From contig JBAZZE010000003.1 in the NCBI GenBank assembly GCA_041658955.1, positions 3,842 through 67,841 on the forward strand: a DNA stretch of 64,000 nt. The letters run 5' to 3'. The first letter of the stretch is position 1, and every line of letters begins with the position of its first letter. Below are positions 9,301 through 17,644 of this stretch, piece by piece. The notes beneath the pieces were generated by a model that was not told the DNA's origin, searched no databases, and saw only the letters and a program-made list of their open reading frames with translations. The DNA comes from Candidatus Shapirobacteria bacterium (GTDB taxonomy: Bacteria; Patescibacteriota; Microgenomatia; UBA12405). Position numbers and translations under genes: made by a program.

Positions 9301-11627
9301 TAAAAAGTGGCTTTGTTTGTGGCTGAGTTATCAAAAACTACTGCAACGTGATACCAAGTATTGGCAAAGACACTGTTACTTGAAGAACAAACAGAGGCGG
9401 CTTGATTATTTGTTTCGTAACATACTCGACCACCGGCTTGAAGGTAAAAATTGTAAGCGTTGGTTGTGTCACCTGAACCATCTTTGCTTATGATATATTC
9501 CTCACCTGCAGATAGATCATTACTATTGACCCAGGCACTGATAGTGAAATTTGTAGTTACATCAAGGCTATTTGAGTCTACAGCAGTAGCGTAATCCGTT
9601 GTCCCATTGAGTGAAAGTCCAACTCCAAATTTGGAAAGAGTTGACCATTCTGGAGCAGATGAACCGGCGGCAAAGGTAACTGTGTTGGTACCACCCGATG
9701 AGTCGATGACGGTTGTCCCGGTATTTTCATCCATTTTCCACCAACCAACGAGACCATTGGAAAGGGTGTCATTGAGGTCACGACCGACTTTGACACCACT
9801 ATCGGCGTTATAACTGTTTTTTATTTGGGAGTCTGTTCGAGCATAATCGTAAAGTTTAACCTCGTCAATAACTCCCTTAAATGCGGCAGTATTTCCGTCT
9901 GAACCTATTTGGAGATCTGAATTACTAGCGTATAAAGTATCACCACCTGTAGGTAAATTTGAACCACCTGTTAGATTTGAACCATTGACATAAATCTTAA
10001 GACTGGCCCCGTTCCTAACACCAACAACGTGATACCAGGTGTTTTTGGCCATAGTAAAAGTTGTGGGTCGAGTGAAAGCGTTGTAACCGGACCCTGAAGC
10101 GTTCACCCAGGCAAATGTAAACCTATTTTCGCTGGAGGTATAATCAGCTTGGAGTTCATACGATTCCCAAGGACTACCACCGTGTTTTTTCATAATAATA
10201 ACTTCGCGGCCACCGGGGACTTCAGACGGCAAAGCGTGAAGATAGACCCAAGCCTCGACTGACATGTTGGCCGAGGGCCGGAGAATACTATTGTCACCAG
10301 ATTTAGTAAAACGATTTCCAAGACCATCAAATTGAAGAGCATTGTCATATTTCCCTATAGTCCAAGATGGCAAGGTGGTGGAAGTACCGCCGGTTTCAAT
10401 AACGCCATCAAATCGATTAGGGCTAGAGTCATAGGCAGAAGTACCAATATTTTCATTGAATTTCCAATAAGCGACTGGCTCAGTATTATTGTTTTCAGTG
10501 GGTATAGTGGCACTAAAAAATGTAGATGGTGAATTTTGGTTGTTGTGTTCGGTACTGACCCAAGTGGTTGACCGGACGGATTTTGAAACACGAACTTCAT
10601 CGATAAGACCATTGGCGTCTGTTGGCCAAGAAGTAGTGCCACCAAGCATAAAACTGGCTGACGATGAACCGGGATCGACGGTTCGACTAACTTCGGTGCC
10701 ACCAACTGCACCATTGATATACATATAGTCAGTGTCAGATGTAGAGTTGTGAACACCGGTGATGTTGTACCAGGTTCCAGTAGTGACAGAGCCAGCACCA
10801 CCGAAGGTGCCGTATTCACTACCGTTAATATAGCTGATGCCCATACTGGTAGTGTTGTCATAAAAATACCAACCGGTACCATTTTCTTTACCTAACCAAT
10901 CATGCCAGCCTAAGGAGGTAGCTTTGACCCAAAAACTGGCACTAAGATCAGTAACGGTTTGACCGTTTTTGCTGGGAAAGTTGCTACTTAAATTAGTATC
11001 AGTGCGAAAAAGATCTCCTGCTTGAGTAAAACTGGCAGCTGTACCAATTTTACCGGTAGCATTGCTCACTGTTCCGGAAATTGCCAAATGGTTGTTATTG
11101 CTAGTGGAATCATAGCGGGTAGTGCCAACCTCATTTAGATGCCAAACACCAACATAATTGCTGTCCCAAACATTATTTTTACCGAATTCGAAAGCAGCGT
11201 CATAGTCAGTGGCACCGGAATTTCCATAATAAATATAAATAGAGGTGTCGACGGTCGAGGAGAGGGTCCCAGAGTATTTGAAATATAATTCACCAGCATC
11301 AGTGGCAGAATCATAATAAACTACTTCACGAGGTAGCTCGGTAGTGCCATCACTTTTAGTGACTCGAATATCACGAGCATCAGTTTGATTGACATGGGCA
11401 TGAAAATCTGCCGGAAGACTGGCGAGACTTACTAGGATAGGAAAATCAGTTTGGTCGGCAGAAACCTTGGTGTGGTCTATGGTTAGCATTAACCGATTGG
11501 TCCAACCAGTGTGATACCAAGCGGCTTCAACTGTGGTTGGTTTAGTTTGGATGCGAATTAAAACGACAATTCCAATCAGCAAAATTACGACAATGGTAAA
11601 CAGGGTTTTATACGAGAACTTTTCCAC
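6372..11627 (-). CDS. Giant surface protein, DUF2341 domain plus seven LamG/ConA-like domains (1751 aa)
   Basis: Signal/anchor, AWY..GWTNR...DFPILVSL...DIRVT...YIYYGN (DUF2341-like), seven LamG repeats; TATAAT 5 nt upstream of GTG. Confidence 0.9.
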   Translation of the reverse strand: MEKFSYKTLFTIVVILLIGIVVLIRIQTKPTTVEAAWYHTGWTNRLMLTIDHTKVSADQTDFPILVSLASLPADFHAHVNQTDARDIRVTKSDGTTELPREVVYYDSATDAGELYFKYSGTLSSTVDTSIYIYYGNSGATDYDAAFEFGKNNVWDSNYVGVWHLNEVGTTRYDSTSNNNHLAISGTVSNATGKIGTAASFTQAGDLFRTDTNLSSNFPSKNGQTVTDLSASFWVKATSLGWHDWLGKENGTGWYFYDNTTSMGISYINGSEYGTFGGAGSVTTGTWYNITGVHNSTSDTDYMYINGAVGGTEVSRTVDPGSSSASFMLGGTTSWPTDANGLIDEVRVSKSVRSTTWVSTEHNNQNSPSTFFSATIPTENNNTEPVAYWKFNENIGTSAYDSSPNRFDGVIETGGTSTTLPSWTIGKYDNALQFDGLGNRFTKSGDNSILRPSANMSVEAWVYLHALPSEVPGGREVIIMKKHGGSPWESYELQADYTSSENRFTFAWVNASGSGYNAFTRPTTFTMAKNTWYHVVGVRNGASLKIYVNGSNLTGGSNLPTGGDTLYASNSDLQIGSDGNTAAFKGVIDEVKLYDYARTDSQIKNSYNADSGVKVGRDLNDTLSNGLVGWWKMDENTGTTVIDSSGGTNTVTFAAGSSAPEWSTLSKFGVGLSLNGTTDYATAVDSNSLDVTTNFTISAWVNSNDLSAGEEYIISKDGSGDTTNAYNFYLQAGGRVCYETNNQAASVCSSSNSVFANTWYHVAVVFDNSATNKATFYVNGVKTGYFNSNVTQAPTALTTSLLIGRRGNSGSEFSGLLDDIRLYNRSLSPSEMQILYNYAPGPIGHWKMEEASWNNNCSTNTAMDSSGYDHHLRSCPASTGPTGGSVGKIGKGGTFDGSNDYLESTSTDFNLTGNVTLSAWVRPLDTPPGDVYVIDRTNNNAGYSLGWQSSRTPRLRIGNGSTYLQLTSPNTLSLDTWSFLSATITSDGAASLYVNGHLDTGATGMVIITSSGQNLRIGSRAAVNTVNAQLDDVKIYNYVRTKSQIREDMGNGKPLTPIINLKFEENSGTLANDSSGNNFTGTFGAGTASPAWTVGRSDQALSFDGGDYVQISDNNYLDFTDDFTLSAWVSRSGGTNEYIISKTDASSDGGYALLIGNAGEVYCRTANTTGFNDTYTATGYVLADSTWHHLVAAKTGTSCRVYVDGVDRTNTIATHTTMTANAKNLRIGTQPAGGNYTIGKIDEVNVYNYALNSDEIKQLYNRNSVIQSGQTVQTIGATTTSLKYCIPGDTALCNAPIGEWNFDTNVGTPSTLPDTSGNGNNGVANGSMTSDDWVPGKNGSALNFDGSNDYINIYSANLASLFSGNQGTVTAWFRVGDGVWGDGVQHQVLTIGADVNNMITIRKASDGSLNTLYTAAATNETSLDCALTDTGYIFIAMSWDQTAGKVVHYCNGLLTDTDTALGAYTGALSSTRATIGAHTTGVTYPWKGDIDDLRIYNYVRTPAQVGLDYNQGGPLVWYKFDECQGSIIHNSMGTGYTGVISIGAAGTQTSLGTCNSGTAAAWTNGASGKINGSLNFDGNDDLAAVTESESKGSLDIGSSDSFSIAYWFNPTSLPGAGTYDTYAGKNIGGNGWYTQIYSDGSLEFCVVNTSVHCYSGNQNVVNVGTWNHYAVAYTSGDDSSIRLYHNGKLLTGSWGGTANLTVPNTNNNLAFGSNGDGTEEATGKIDDFRYYGYLLTETQIKSIINNGSATFR

Positions 11628-11640
11628 AACTAATTATAGT

Positions 11641-12048
11641 CTAGTAGAACACCACTTTGACGGTTTGGGGAAGGTTTTGTTGGTTGTTACTGGCAGTGAT
11701 AGTTGCTTTTAGGGCAGTGTTAGAAGACAGGTCAAAAACTGCTTTACCTGTATCATCAGTGGTAGTTTGAACTGAGGTAATAGAAACTTTAGGGGAGGAA
11801 GTAAGGCTAACTGTTTGGTTGGGGACACCTAGACCTCGACCATCAAGTAAAAAAACGGTAACCCGAATTTGTTCTTTACCATCAGCTTTGGCTTGGAGAG
11901 GAGAAGAAAAAAGATAGGAATTACCATATGCAACTGAGCTACTACTGCCAGCAGCCCGACCCAAGAAAATAGTGGTACGAAAAACAAGAGCAAGTGAAGC
12001 TAGGAGAGTGAGAAGTAAAAAAATAATAATGACAATCGGTCGGCGCAT
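11641..12048 (-). CDS. Membrane-anchored Ig-like (Big_1/invasin-type) protein
   Basis: N-terminal TM helix then ADGKEQIRVTV.L.D..G..VPNQTV.L...TTDDTGKA.F motif typical of Big_1 domains. Confidence 0.75.
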   Translation of the reverse strand: MRRPIVIIIFLLLTLLASLALVFRTTIFLGRAAGSSSSVAYGNSYLFSSPLQAKADGKEQIRVTVFLLDGRGLGVPNQTVSLTSSPKVSITSVQTTTDDTGKAVFDLSSNTALKATITASNNQQNLPQTVKVVFY

Positions 12049-12051
12049 ATA

Positions 12052-12870
12052 TTAGAGTATAGGGTATCTGGTAAGTGGATAGTAAAAAACCGCCGGTAAA
12101 TATCGAGGTTGAGCGGTAGGGTGAAGGTAAAGATAAAGAAGATAAGCAAAAAGTAAAACTGTGCTAAGAAATAAAGGAACAATAATTAAGATGTTAAATT
12201 GTTGAGGTAGGCTATAGGTAATGGTATTGGATTTGGGACTAGCTAGAGTAGCAAAATCAACGGTACTAAAAAGTCGATAATCACTACTGAGTGAGGTAGG
12301 AATATTAAGATTATAGTTACCGTTAATATCGGTTTTGGTAGAAAATACCGGTAATCCAAAAGCTTGGGCTGGAACTGGAAGAATAGGAGCCTTGGCGTTG
12401 GTTTGGTAGAGGAAGACATTGATAGTTGAAAAAGGAATGCTTTGTCCTGAGGCGGCAGTAGTACTGTTGGCTTTTATGGTTTCCGAATCGATAGTGATAG
12501 TGGGAGGGAGAATAATTGGTCCAATATTGGTGAGATAGTTGGTATCAGGTGGGGGTGGAACACAGACTGGGTTGGTGTGGCGGAGGTCATCATCGACTGC
12601 TAAGAGGCATAATTCTCCCGGATTTCTAGGAATAATGATGCGATCGAACTCGAAGTAGCCATTTTCCTTGGCATAAGTAACATCATAGACTTTGGAACTA
12701 CTCAATTCGACTCGAGCTAGGGGAGAGGTAAAGCCATAAATGGCAACTCGACTTTCTTCAATTGAACCAGAAACGGTGACTCCCTTTTGAGCTGAAGAAG
12801 CGGCAACACTTAGATGTGGGGAAAAGGTACCAACAATTAAAGTGAAGGCTGCAAAAAAATATTTAAGCAT
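12052..12870 (-). CDS. Secreted beta-rich protein with C-terminal membrane anchor
   Basis: Signal peptide, two Ig-like segments (G.TSP.A.V / GQSIP.STI.V...TDINGNY), C-terminal TM helix. Confidence 0.7.
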   Translation of the reverse strand: MLKYFFAAFTLIVGTFSPHLSVAASSAQKGVTVSGSIEESRVAIYGFTSPLARVELSSSKVYDVTYAKENGYFEFDRIIIPRNPGELCLLAVDDDLRHTNPVCVPPPPDTNYLTNIGPIILPPTITIDSETIKANSTTAASGQSIPFSTINVFLYQTNAKAPILPVPAQAFGLPVFSTKTDINGNYNLNIPTSLSSDYRLFSTVDFATLASPKSNTITYSLPQQFNILIIVPLFLSTVLLFAYLLYLYLHPTAQPRYLPAVFYYPLTRYPIL

Positions 12871-12888
12871 TAATTAATTGTACACAGA

Positions 12889-13869
12889 TTAGCGATCTTT
12901 GTACTTTTTCTTCAAGGCTTCTAGCTCTTTCTCTAGTTCTTCGACTTGACCATCATCTTCATGTTTTGGTGCGGGCTGTTGACGTCTAACTAGGGTGTAG
13001 ATGACATAAGCAAGAATGAGAGCGGTGATGACTAGAGCAATTAGTCTCCATGGTATTACCCAGAAGAATAGAGTAGCAGAGATAGCTTGACCGGTAGTGC
13101 CATAACCAGCATTGAGAGTGGCAGTGTAACGTCCAAACAGCCATTTACGATTGAGAGTGTTTTCAAATCCACGAGCGGTGTTGGGGAAAATATTGGTAAG
13201 GTTAAGGGGGAGATCGGCAGTCTTACCACCGAGCCAGTTTTTGATAGCGATGCTTCCGGCGGGGGTGACATGAATATCGGAAAGATTAGCAACAATAGTT
13301 TTAAAATTAATTGGTCCAAATTCGGAAAAGCCTGGTGCAGAAAATTCAGTGACACGAGCGTCTTCTTTAATATCACCTGGTACAGTGATGTAGATCAAAG
13401 TACCGACATTAGTTTCGATAAAAGAACCGGTTTCAGTAAGTACGGATTCGTTTTTGGGACTGTGGAGAATCATAGAATAATGTCCACCGGAAAGTGCATC
13501 GTCAGGAGCAATTATGGTCATCATGATGGATCTGGTTTCACCGGGTTTTAGGCGAAAACTAGTGGGTGAGAGATGGATCCAGGAAGAAGCAGCCCAACGA
13601 TTACTGCTTTCGTCAAGATTTTCAAGTTGGAGTGGAGTACCTTCACTATCAGTAACGATAAAGTCTTTGCTGGTAGTGGTGATAACTCTTTCAGTCTTGG
13701 ATTCGTTACGGATTTTTAGTTCTTTAGTGACGGTTTCGCCGGGTTTGAGGGTAACTTCGAGTCGGGGAGGAATAGCACTAAGACCAGTAGCTGATTGAGC
13801 CTGAACATTAGTAGTGGTAAGTAATGAACTTCCGAAAAGAATTAGTAGGGGGAGGATTATTTTTTTCAT
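12889..13869 (-). CDS. DUF916/DUF3324-like (WxL-interacting, PapD-like) membrane-anchored protein
   Basis: Signal peptide, LSAIPPRLEVTLKPGETVT...IRN, P..A..GGHY, second domain N....HV.P.G.I, GRYTA.L, FWVIPW plus TM helix and charged tail. Confidence 0.7.
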   Translation of the reverse strand: MKKIILPLLILFGSSLLTTTNVQAQSATGLSAIPPRLEVTLKPGETVTKELKIRNESKTERVITTTSKDFIVTDSEGTPLQLENLDESSNRWAASSWIHLSPTSFRLKPGETRSIMMTIIAPDDALSGGHYSMILHSPKNESVLTETGSFIETNVGTLIYITVPGDIKEDARVTEFSAPGFSEFGPINFKTIVANLSDIHVTPAGSIAIKNWLGGKTADLPLNLTNIFPNTARGFENTLNRKWLFGRYTATLNAGYGTTGQAISATLFFWVIPWRLIALVITALILAYVIYTLVRRQQPAPKHEDDGQVEELEKELEALKKKYKDR

Positions 13870-13870
13870 T

Positions 13871-15355
13871 TTAGAAGGTGGCAGTCGCTGTATAAACTAA
13901 TTTACTTTCATAATTACCAGCTCCTTGGGTGGTTGAAGCGGTAGCTCGGTAACAAACATAGGCTCGTTCAGTAGCAGAAGGAGTGGTGACATTTTTCATA
14001 ATTTCTTTAGCATTAGCAGTACCGTTTCCAAATGGTCGATAACCAGATTGATAGTTGAAGATGGTTGTACCAACATTTATGTTGTGCATGGTGTAACCCC
14101 AACCGGAAGCGGTATAGGTACTCCATAGAGCAGGAGTGGTAGTGGTACAACCGGCACCATTACAATCGGTATCAGGAAGGGTGTCTCCATCGGCAATATT
14201 TTGCATGGGACCATCTTCATAGACAGTGACCACATAACCATTATTAGCATTGGTGACACAAGAAAGTCGTTGGGCCAGATCGTTGGGTCCGGCTAGGACA
14301 AGAGAACCATAGGCCACGGCGGTAGCGGTAGTATTACCGGCATTTGTACCGAAGGCTGAAAGTCCACAGGGGGTAGCACCGACACCGACTCCGGTGGCAT
14401 CGATGATAAAGGTAAGAGTTGGGTCAATAGTAGCAGTCACCCGAACTGACTCGACAACTGCGATTTTACCTTGGGCAGTATCAGCGTCGATTACCAATGA
14501 ACCACTATCTAGGTGTCTGACATAGAAAGTGTAGACATCAGCATTTCCTTCAAAAGCGACCGTGTGGTTGGGAGAAGGATTGATAAGCTGGCTACCGGTG
14601 GCTAGGTCAGCTCCAATGGCCATAGAATAGCCAACACCGACTTGGTTGGTACCACCAACTCCGAGGTAACAAGAGATAATGTGATAAGAACTACCATTAA
14701 CAACTGTGGTTGTGCCAACACTATAAGCAGTGGTAACCCCAATTCCCCAGTTGGGACAGGTAACGTCAGTGACTTTTAGCCTTGTGCCCAGACCATTGGC
14801 GGTTGAAGATGGAGTAGTAGCACCAAGATCAAAACCATTTTGATCGGGAATACCATCGTTGTAAAGTTCACCAGTAGAGCTGGTAGCTTTGAGTAAGAAT
14901 TGCCAAAAACCGCCAGCAGCGTTTGATTGGGGAGTAAGACTAATAGTGTGAATAGCGGAACGAGTAGCAATAATGGCAGCGTTGATGAAAGCATTGCTTT
15001 GACCAATAGCGGTGTTTAACTCGATAGTTTGAGTATTACCAATGTCTTGAACGACATATTTAGTGAGAGGTCCGCTGATACCAACTCCAACTCCAGTGGT
15101 ACCAATGGCAATAGTATCGCCGACAAAAAGGTTGTTGGTAGTATTGCTAGGTAGTCCAGTGCTACCAACTTTAATGATGGAATCTCCAGTAGTAATAGGA
15201 GCGCTAATTCGGCCAAAATAAGATAGCTGAGAATTACTTAAAGTATCCTTGACAGAAGATGGTGGAAGAGAGCGGACTTTTTGTGGTTTAAAAATAGCAA
15301 ATGTACCAAAAGCTACCAACAAAATGGGTACTAAAATAACTAGTCGTCGTTTCAT
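13871..15355 (-). CDS. Secreted Thr/Gly-rich surface protein with WxL-like C-terminal domain
   Basis: Signal peptide; V.VTATIDPTLTF, TNANNGYVV, terminal AGNYESKLVYTATATF resembling the terminal strand of WxL domains; directly upstream of a DUF916-like gene. Confidence 0.6.
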   Translation of the reverse strand: MKRRLVILVPILLVAFGTFAIFKPQKVRSLPPSSVKDTLSNSQLSYFGRISAPITTGDSIIKVGSTGLPSNTTNNLFVGDTIAIGTTGVGVGISGPLTKYVVQDIGNTQTIELNTAIGQSNAFINAAIIATRSAIHTISLTPQSNAAGGFWQFLLKATSSTGELYNDGIPDQNGFDLGATTPSSTANGLGTRLKVTDVTCPNWGIGVTTAYSVGTTTVVNGSSYHIISCYLGVGGTNQVGVGYSMAIGADLATGSQLINPSPNHTVAFEGNADVYTFYVRHLDSGSLVIDADTAQGKIAVVESVRVTATIDPTLTFIIDATGVGVGATPCGLSAFGTNAGNTTATAVAYGSLVLAGPNDLAQRLSCVTNANNGYVVTVYEDGPMQNIADGDTLPDTDCNGAGCTTTTPALWSTYTASGWGYTMHNINVGTTIFNYQSGYRPFGNGTANAKEIMKNVTTPSATERAYVCYRATASTTQGAGNYESKLVYTATATF

Positions 15356-15386
15356 TAATTATTGAACAAAATTTGCCTAATAATTA

Positions 15387-15415
15387 AAGATATGTCCTAT
15401 TTAGACTTGTGTCAA
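15387..15415 (-). promoter_or_regulatory. Sigma70-type promoter of the surface-protein operon
   Basis: Minus strand TTGACA-17 nt-TATCTT; an inverted repeat AATGGGTGGG...CCCACCCATT (15414-15454) abuts the -35. Confidence 0.7.
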
Positions 15416-15574
15416 TGGGTGGGTAGTCTTTATATAGTGAACTTTCCCACCCATTTTGTAAGTAATATAGTAGTAGTTAAGACAATTATTAGTTTTTTCG
15501 AAGCTATTTTATCTTTTCTCGATGTAAATCGAGAATAAAATCAAAATTGGTACAGTTTTTTTATTAAGAAAAAT

Positions 15575-15630
15575 ATGCTTTCGGTCCGGTGGACACTGGA
15601 CTTCATCAGCCCCGATAAACGGGATAGCAT
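15575..15630 (-). ncRNA. Candidate type III hammerhead ribozyme
   Basis: Minus strand AUGC-UA-UCCCG(UUUAU)CGGGG-CUGAUGA-A-GUCC(AGUGUCCACC)GGAC-C-GAAA-GCAU: both core boxes, three stems, NUH triplet CUA; first pair of stem II is A-C instead of G-C. Confidence 0.65.
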
Positions 15631-15632
15631 GA

Positions 15633-15679
15633 CCACCTCCAGGGGATTCTCAAAAATCGAGAATTTACCCTAGGGGTGG
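15633..15679 (-). other. Long 3' UTR hairpin between the stop codon and the hammerhead
   Basis: CCACC..AGGG.ATTCTC / GAGAAT..CCCT..GGTGG arms; no U-tract. Confidence 0.6.
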
Positions 15680-15697
15680 AGAGCGTGTAGAGGAGGA

Positions 15698-16105
15698 TTA
15701 ATTGCCGGGGAGATAGTAGTAGAGATCGTCAACGATTTTGTCGAATTCGACATCTATTTCCATCGTGGACTGATCACTGTCGTAGTACTTCGGGTCGTAA
15801 TGCTCGACATCAACATCAGCAAGGATGTGCCATTCATTGTTGTCGCATACGTAACCGAGAGTAAACGAGTACCACCAGTCTTCCTGTTCCCAGTAGATGT
15901 CCCGGGAAGTGCTGTGGGCCAACTGTCCTTGTTCTTCCAGAGGAGTAACGAAGGTGCTGTAGGCATAAGTGTCCGCCGTCTTGGTTTCGAAGATGACGAA
16001 CAAATGATGCCCCAGCCAGTTGATGCCAAAAGCAGCGGCAAAAACGGCGGCAACCAGAATTACCTGGCGCAGAGACAAGCGGATCTCGGACAATTTCTTG
16101 GACAT
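15698..16105 (-). CDS. Hypothetical single-pass membrane protein (135 aa)
   Basis: Start moved to ATG 16105 preceded by AAGGAG; TM helix then acidic/aromatic domain. Confidence 0.7.
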   Translation of the reverse strand: MSKKLSEIRLSLRQVILVAAVFAAAFGINWLGHHLFVIFETKTADTYAYSTFVTPLEEQGQLAHSTSRDIYWEQEDWWYSFTLGYVCDNNEWHILADVDVEHYDPKYYDSDQSTMEIDVEFDKIVDDLYYYLPGN

Positions 16106-16195
16106 GGGGGGTCTCCTTATTGATGGTTGTATCTGAAAACTCGTGAGAGCTTTTACAGATTTCAACCATCAATATTTACACGCTAATTTTTAAAG

Positions 16196-16354
16196 AACTG
16201 ACGGATGGTTTATCGCAATGATAAAAATCCGCCTTACAAAAGGCAGTTTTAACCCCGAAAGCTTTCGGGACTAAAAAACCTTTCCGAACCCCTCCCAAAC
16301 AAAACAAACAAATACATGTTTGCCGTGTTTGAGGAGGAGTTCGGTGAATAGGTT
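16196..16354. other. Cluster of stem-loops including a perfect 16-bp palindrome
   Basis: CGGAT..ATCCG, GCCTT..AAGGC, CCCGAAAGCTTTCGGG (16254-16269) and a ~75-nt hairpin 16277-16354 directly after the stop of 16355-17356. Confidence 0.6.
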
Positions 16355-17356
16355 TTAGGAGTTGACTTCGGATACGGGCGCGGGAGAGATTGGTTGATCG
16401 ACAGGCTCAATCATCGTGGGACGAGTGAAGTTGCCGGGGATGAGGACAAAGCGCTGCAGGTTGATAGTCCCTGAAGCATAGGTGGTCTTGATAATGATTT
16501 CAGTATCCAGAGGAAGGTTGATTCCGGTGAATTCAGAAATATCATAGTCAGGATCAGCCCATTGAAACTCCCAGATCATTTGGTTTTGATCATCAAGATC
16601 AAAAATGCCATGAGTGGAAGTGCTTGGTCCAATATAACCCAAACCAGCCCAGCCAGTACCTTGATTGGTGCCGCGGATTTGAAAATCAATGATGCTCATA
16701 TCAGAATGACTGAGCTTTTTGCCAGTAAAAATCTCGACAGTAAAGCCGGATTCGTACCAGTTTTTGACTTGGTCAGTGGGATATTCAAACGAATAAACAC
16801 CAATGGAGGTGAGTTCTTCGTCGGAAGCCCAGCTTACTTCGCCATCAACTTTATGACAAAAACCACTGACTTCCAAATCGGGACGACTATCATCGCGCGC
16901 AGCCAAGTGACCATACTTGTTGAATACCCATACAGTGAGAGCTGATTGGGGAATGTCATCAAGTGTGGCATTGGCATTGACGGTGGTAATCGGATTGCCC
17001 CAGCGGTCATTGAGTGAGTCAACATCAATCCAGTTGATTGAGCTTTTATCGCCGAAAACGAACAGTTCCCAAACTTCGTGAATGTTTCCATTCTCGTAAG
17101 ATGAGGGGTGGCTGCTGTCTGCAGGGATTTGGGCTATCTCAACTTTGGCGTAGGCGAGGTCGCAGCCGCGGATTGATTGCCAATCATCAACAACAGGAGT
17201 GGGTATGCTGGTCGGTTCGACAGTGATGGGGGCAGGGGTGGCGGTTGGGTGGTAGGTGTTTTGGGCACCGGAGTAAAAGCCACTCAAGCCAACACTGGTC
17301 ATCAGTGCCAGAGCGATCAGGGTCATCAGAAGGCGACGAGCAAAATTTTGGGACAT
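16355..17356 (-). CDS. Hypothetical secreted/anchored protein with Pro/Thr linker
   Basis: Signal/TM, PTATPAPITVEPTSIPTP linker; strong SD GAGGAGG upstream; long 5' hairpin about 17375-17430. Confidence 0.75.
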   Translation of the reverse strand: MSQNFARRLLMTLIALALMTSVGLSGFYSGAQNTYHPTATPAPITVEPTSIPTPVVDDWQSIRGCDLAYAKVEIAQIPADSSHPSSYENGNIHEVWELFVFGDKSSINWIDVDSLNDRWGNPITTVNANATLDDIPQSALTVWVFNKYGHLAARDDSRPDLEVSGFCHKVDGEVSWASDEELTSIGVYSFEYPTDQVKNWYESGFTVEIFTGKKLSHSDMSIIDFQIRGTNQGTGWAGLGYIGPSTSTHGIFDLDDQNQMIWEFQWADPDYDISEFTGINLPLDTEIIIKTTYASGTINLQRFVLIPGNFTRPTMIEPVDQPISPAPVSEVNS

Positions 17357-17463
17357 GTTATCCTCCTCAGGATAGGGTTGGGGGTTGTGACAGTAAACCT
17401 AGCGGTTTGCTGGATTCAACCTCCAACCTTTTGTCTTTTCCTAAAACCTATTTGTTAATGTGC

Positions 17464-17492
17464 TCCTTCGACTCTTAGTTAGTCGCTCAGGA
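17464..17492. repeat. Short REP-like palindrome (CCTTCGAC...GCTCAGGA type)
   Basis: TCCTTCGACT-CTTAGTT-AGTCGCTCAGGA shares both arms with 24364-24384; degenerate third copy near 39771-39786. Confidence 0.6.
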
Positions 17493-17582
17493 TCTTCGAC
17501 CTAATTGAATGAGTAGCAAACGCAATGTTCGTATCTTCCAATTAAGTTAAGGTTATTATCTTATAATAGAGAGTTATATTCA

Positions 17583-17623
17583 GGACTTTTGAGAGACAAA
17601 AAACGGACAAAAGGGAGACATTT
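17583..17623. promoter_or_regulatory. Four direct repeats RGACWWWW with exact 11-bp period (putative winged-helix operator)
   Basis: GAC at 17584, 17595, 17606, 17617, between divergent genes and just upstream of TATAGT (17634-17639). Confidence 0.65.
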
Positions 17624-17644
17624 AGGTTTGTGTTATAGTGAGGT

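Noticed and set aside
16246-16278. Intrinsic terminator
   Set aside because: T-tract precedes the stem on both strands; kept only as a palindrome
17375-17430. c-di-GMP-I riboswitch (GCAAACC stem on minus strand)
   Set aside because: Lacks the GNRA loop/receptor and second-stem motifs; looks like a simple long hairpin
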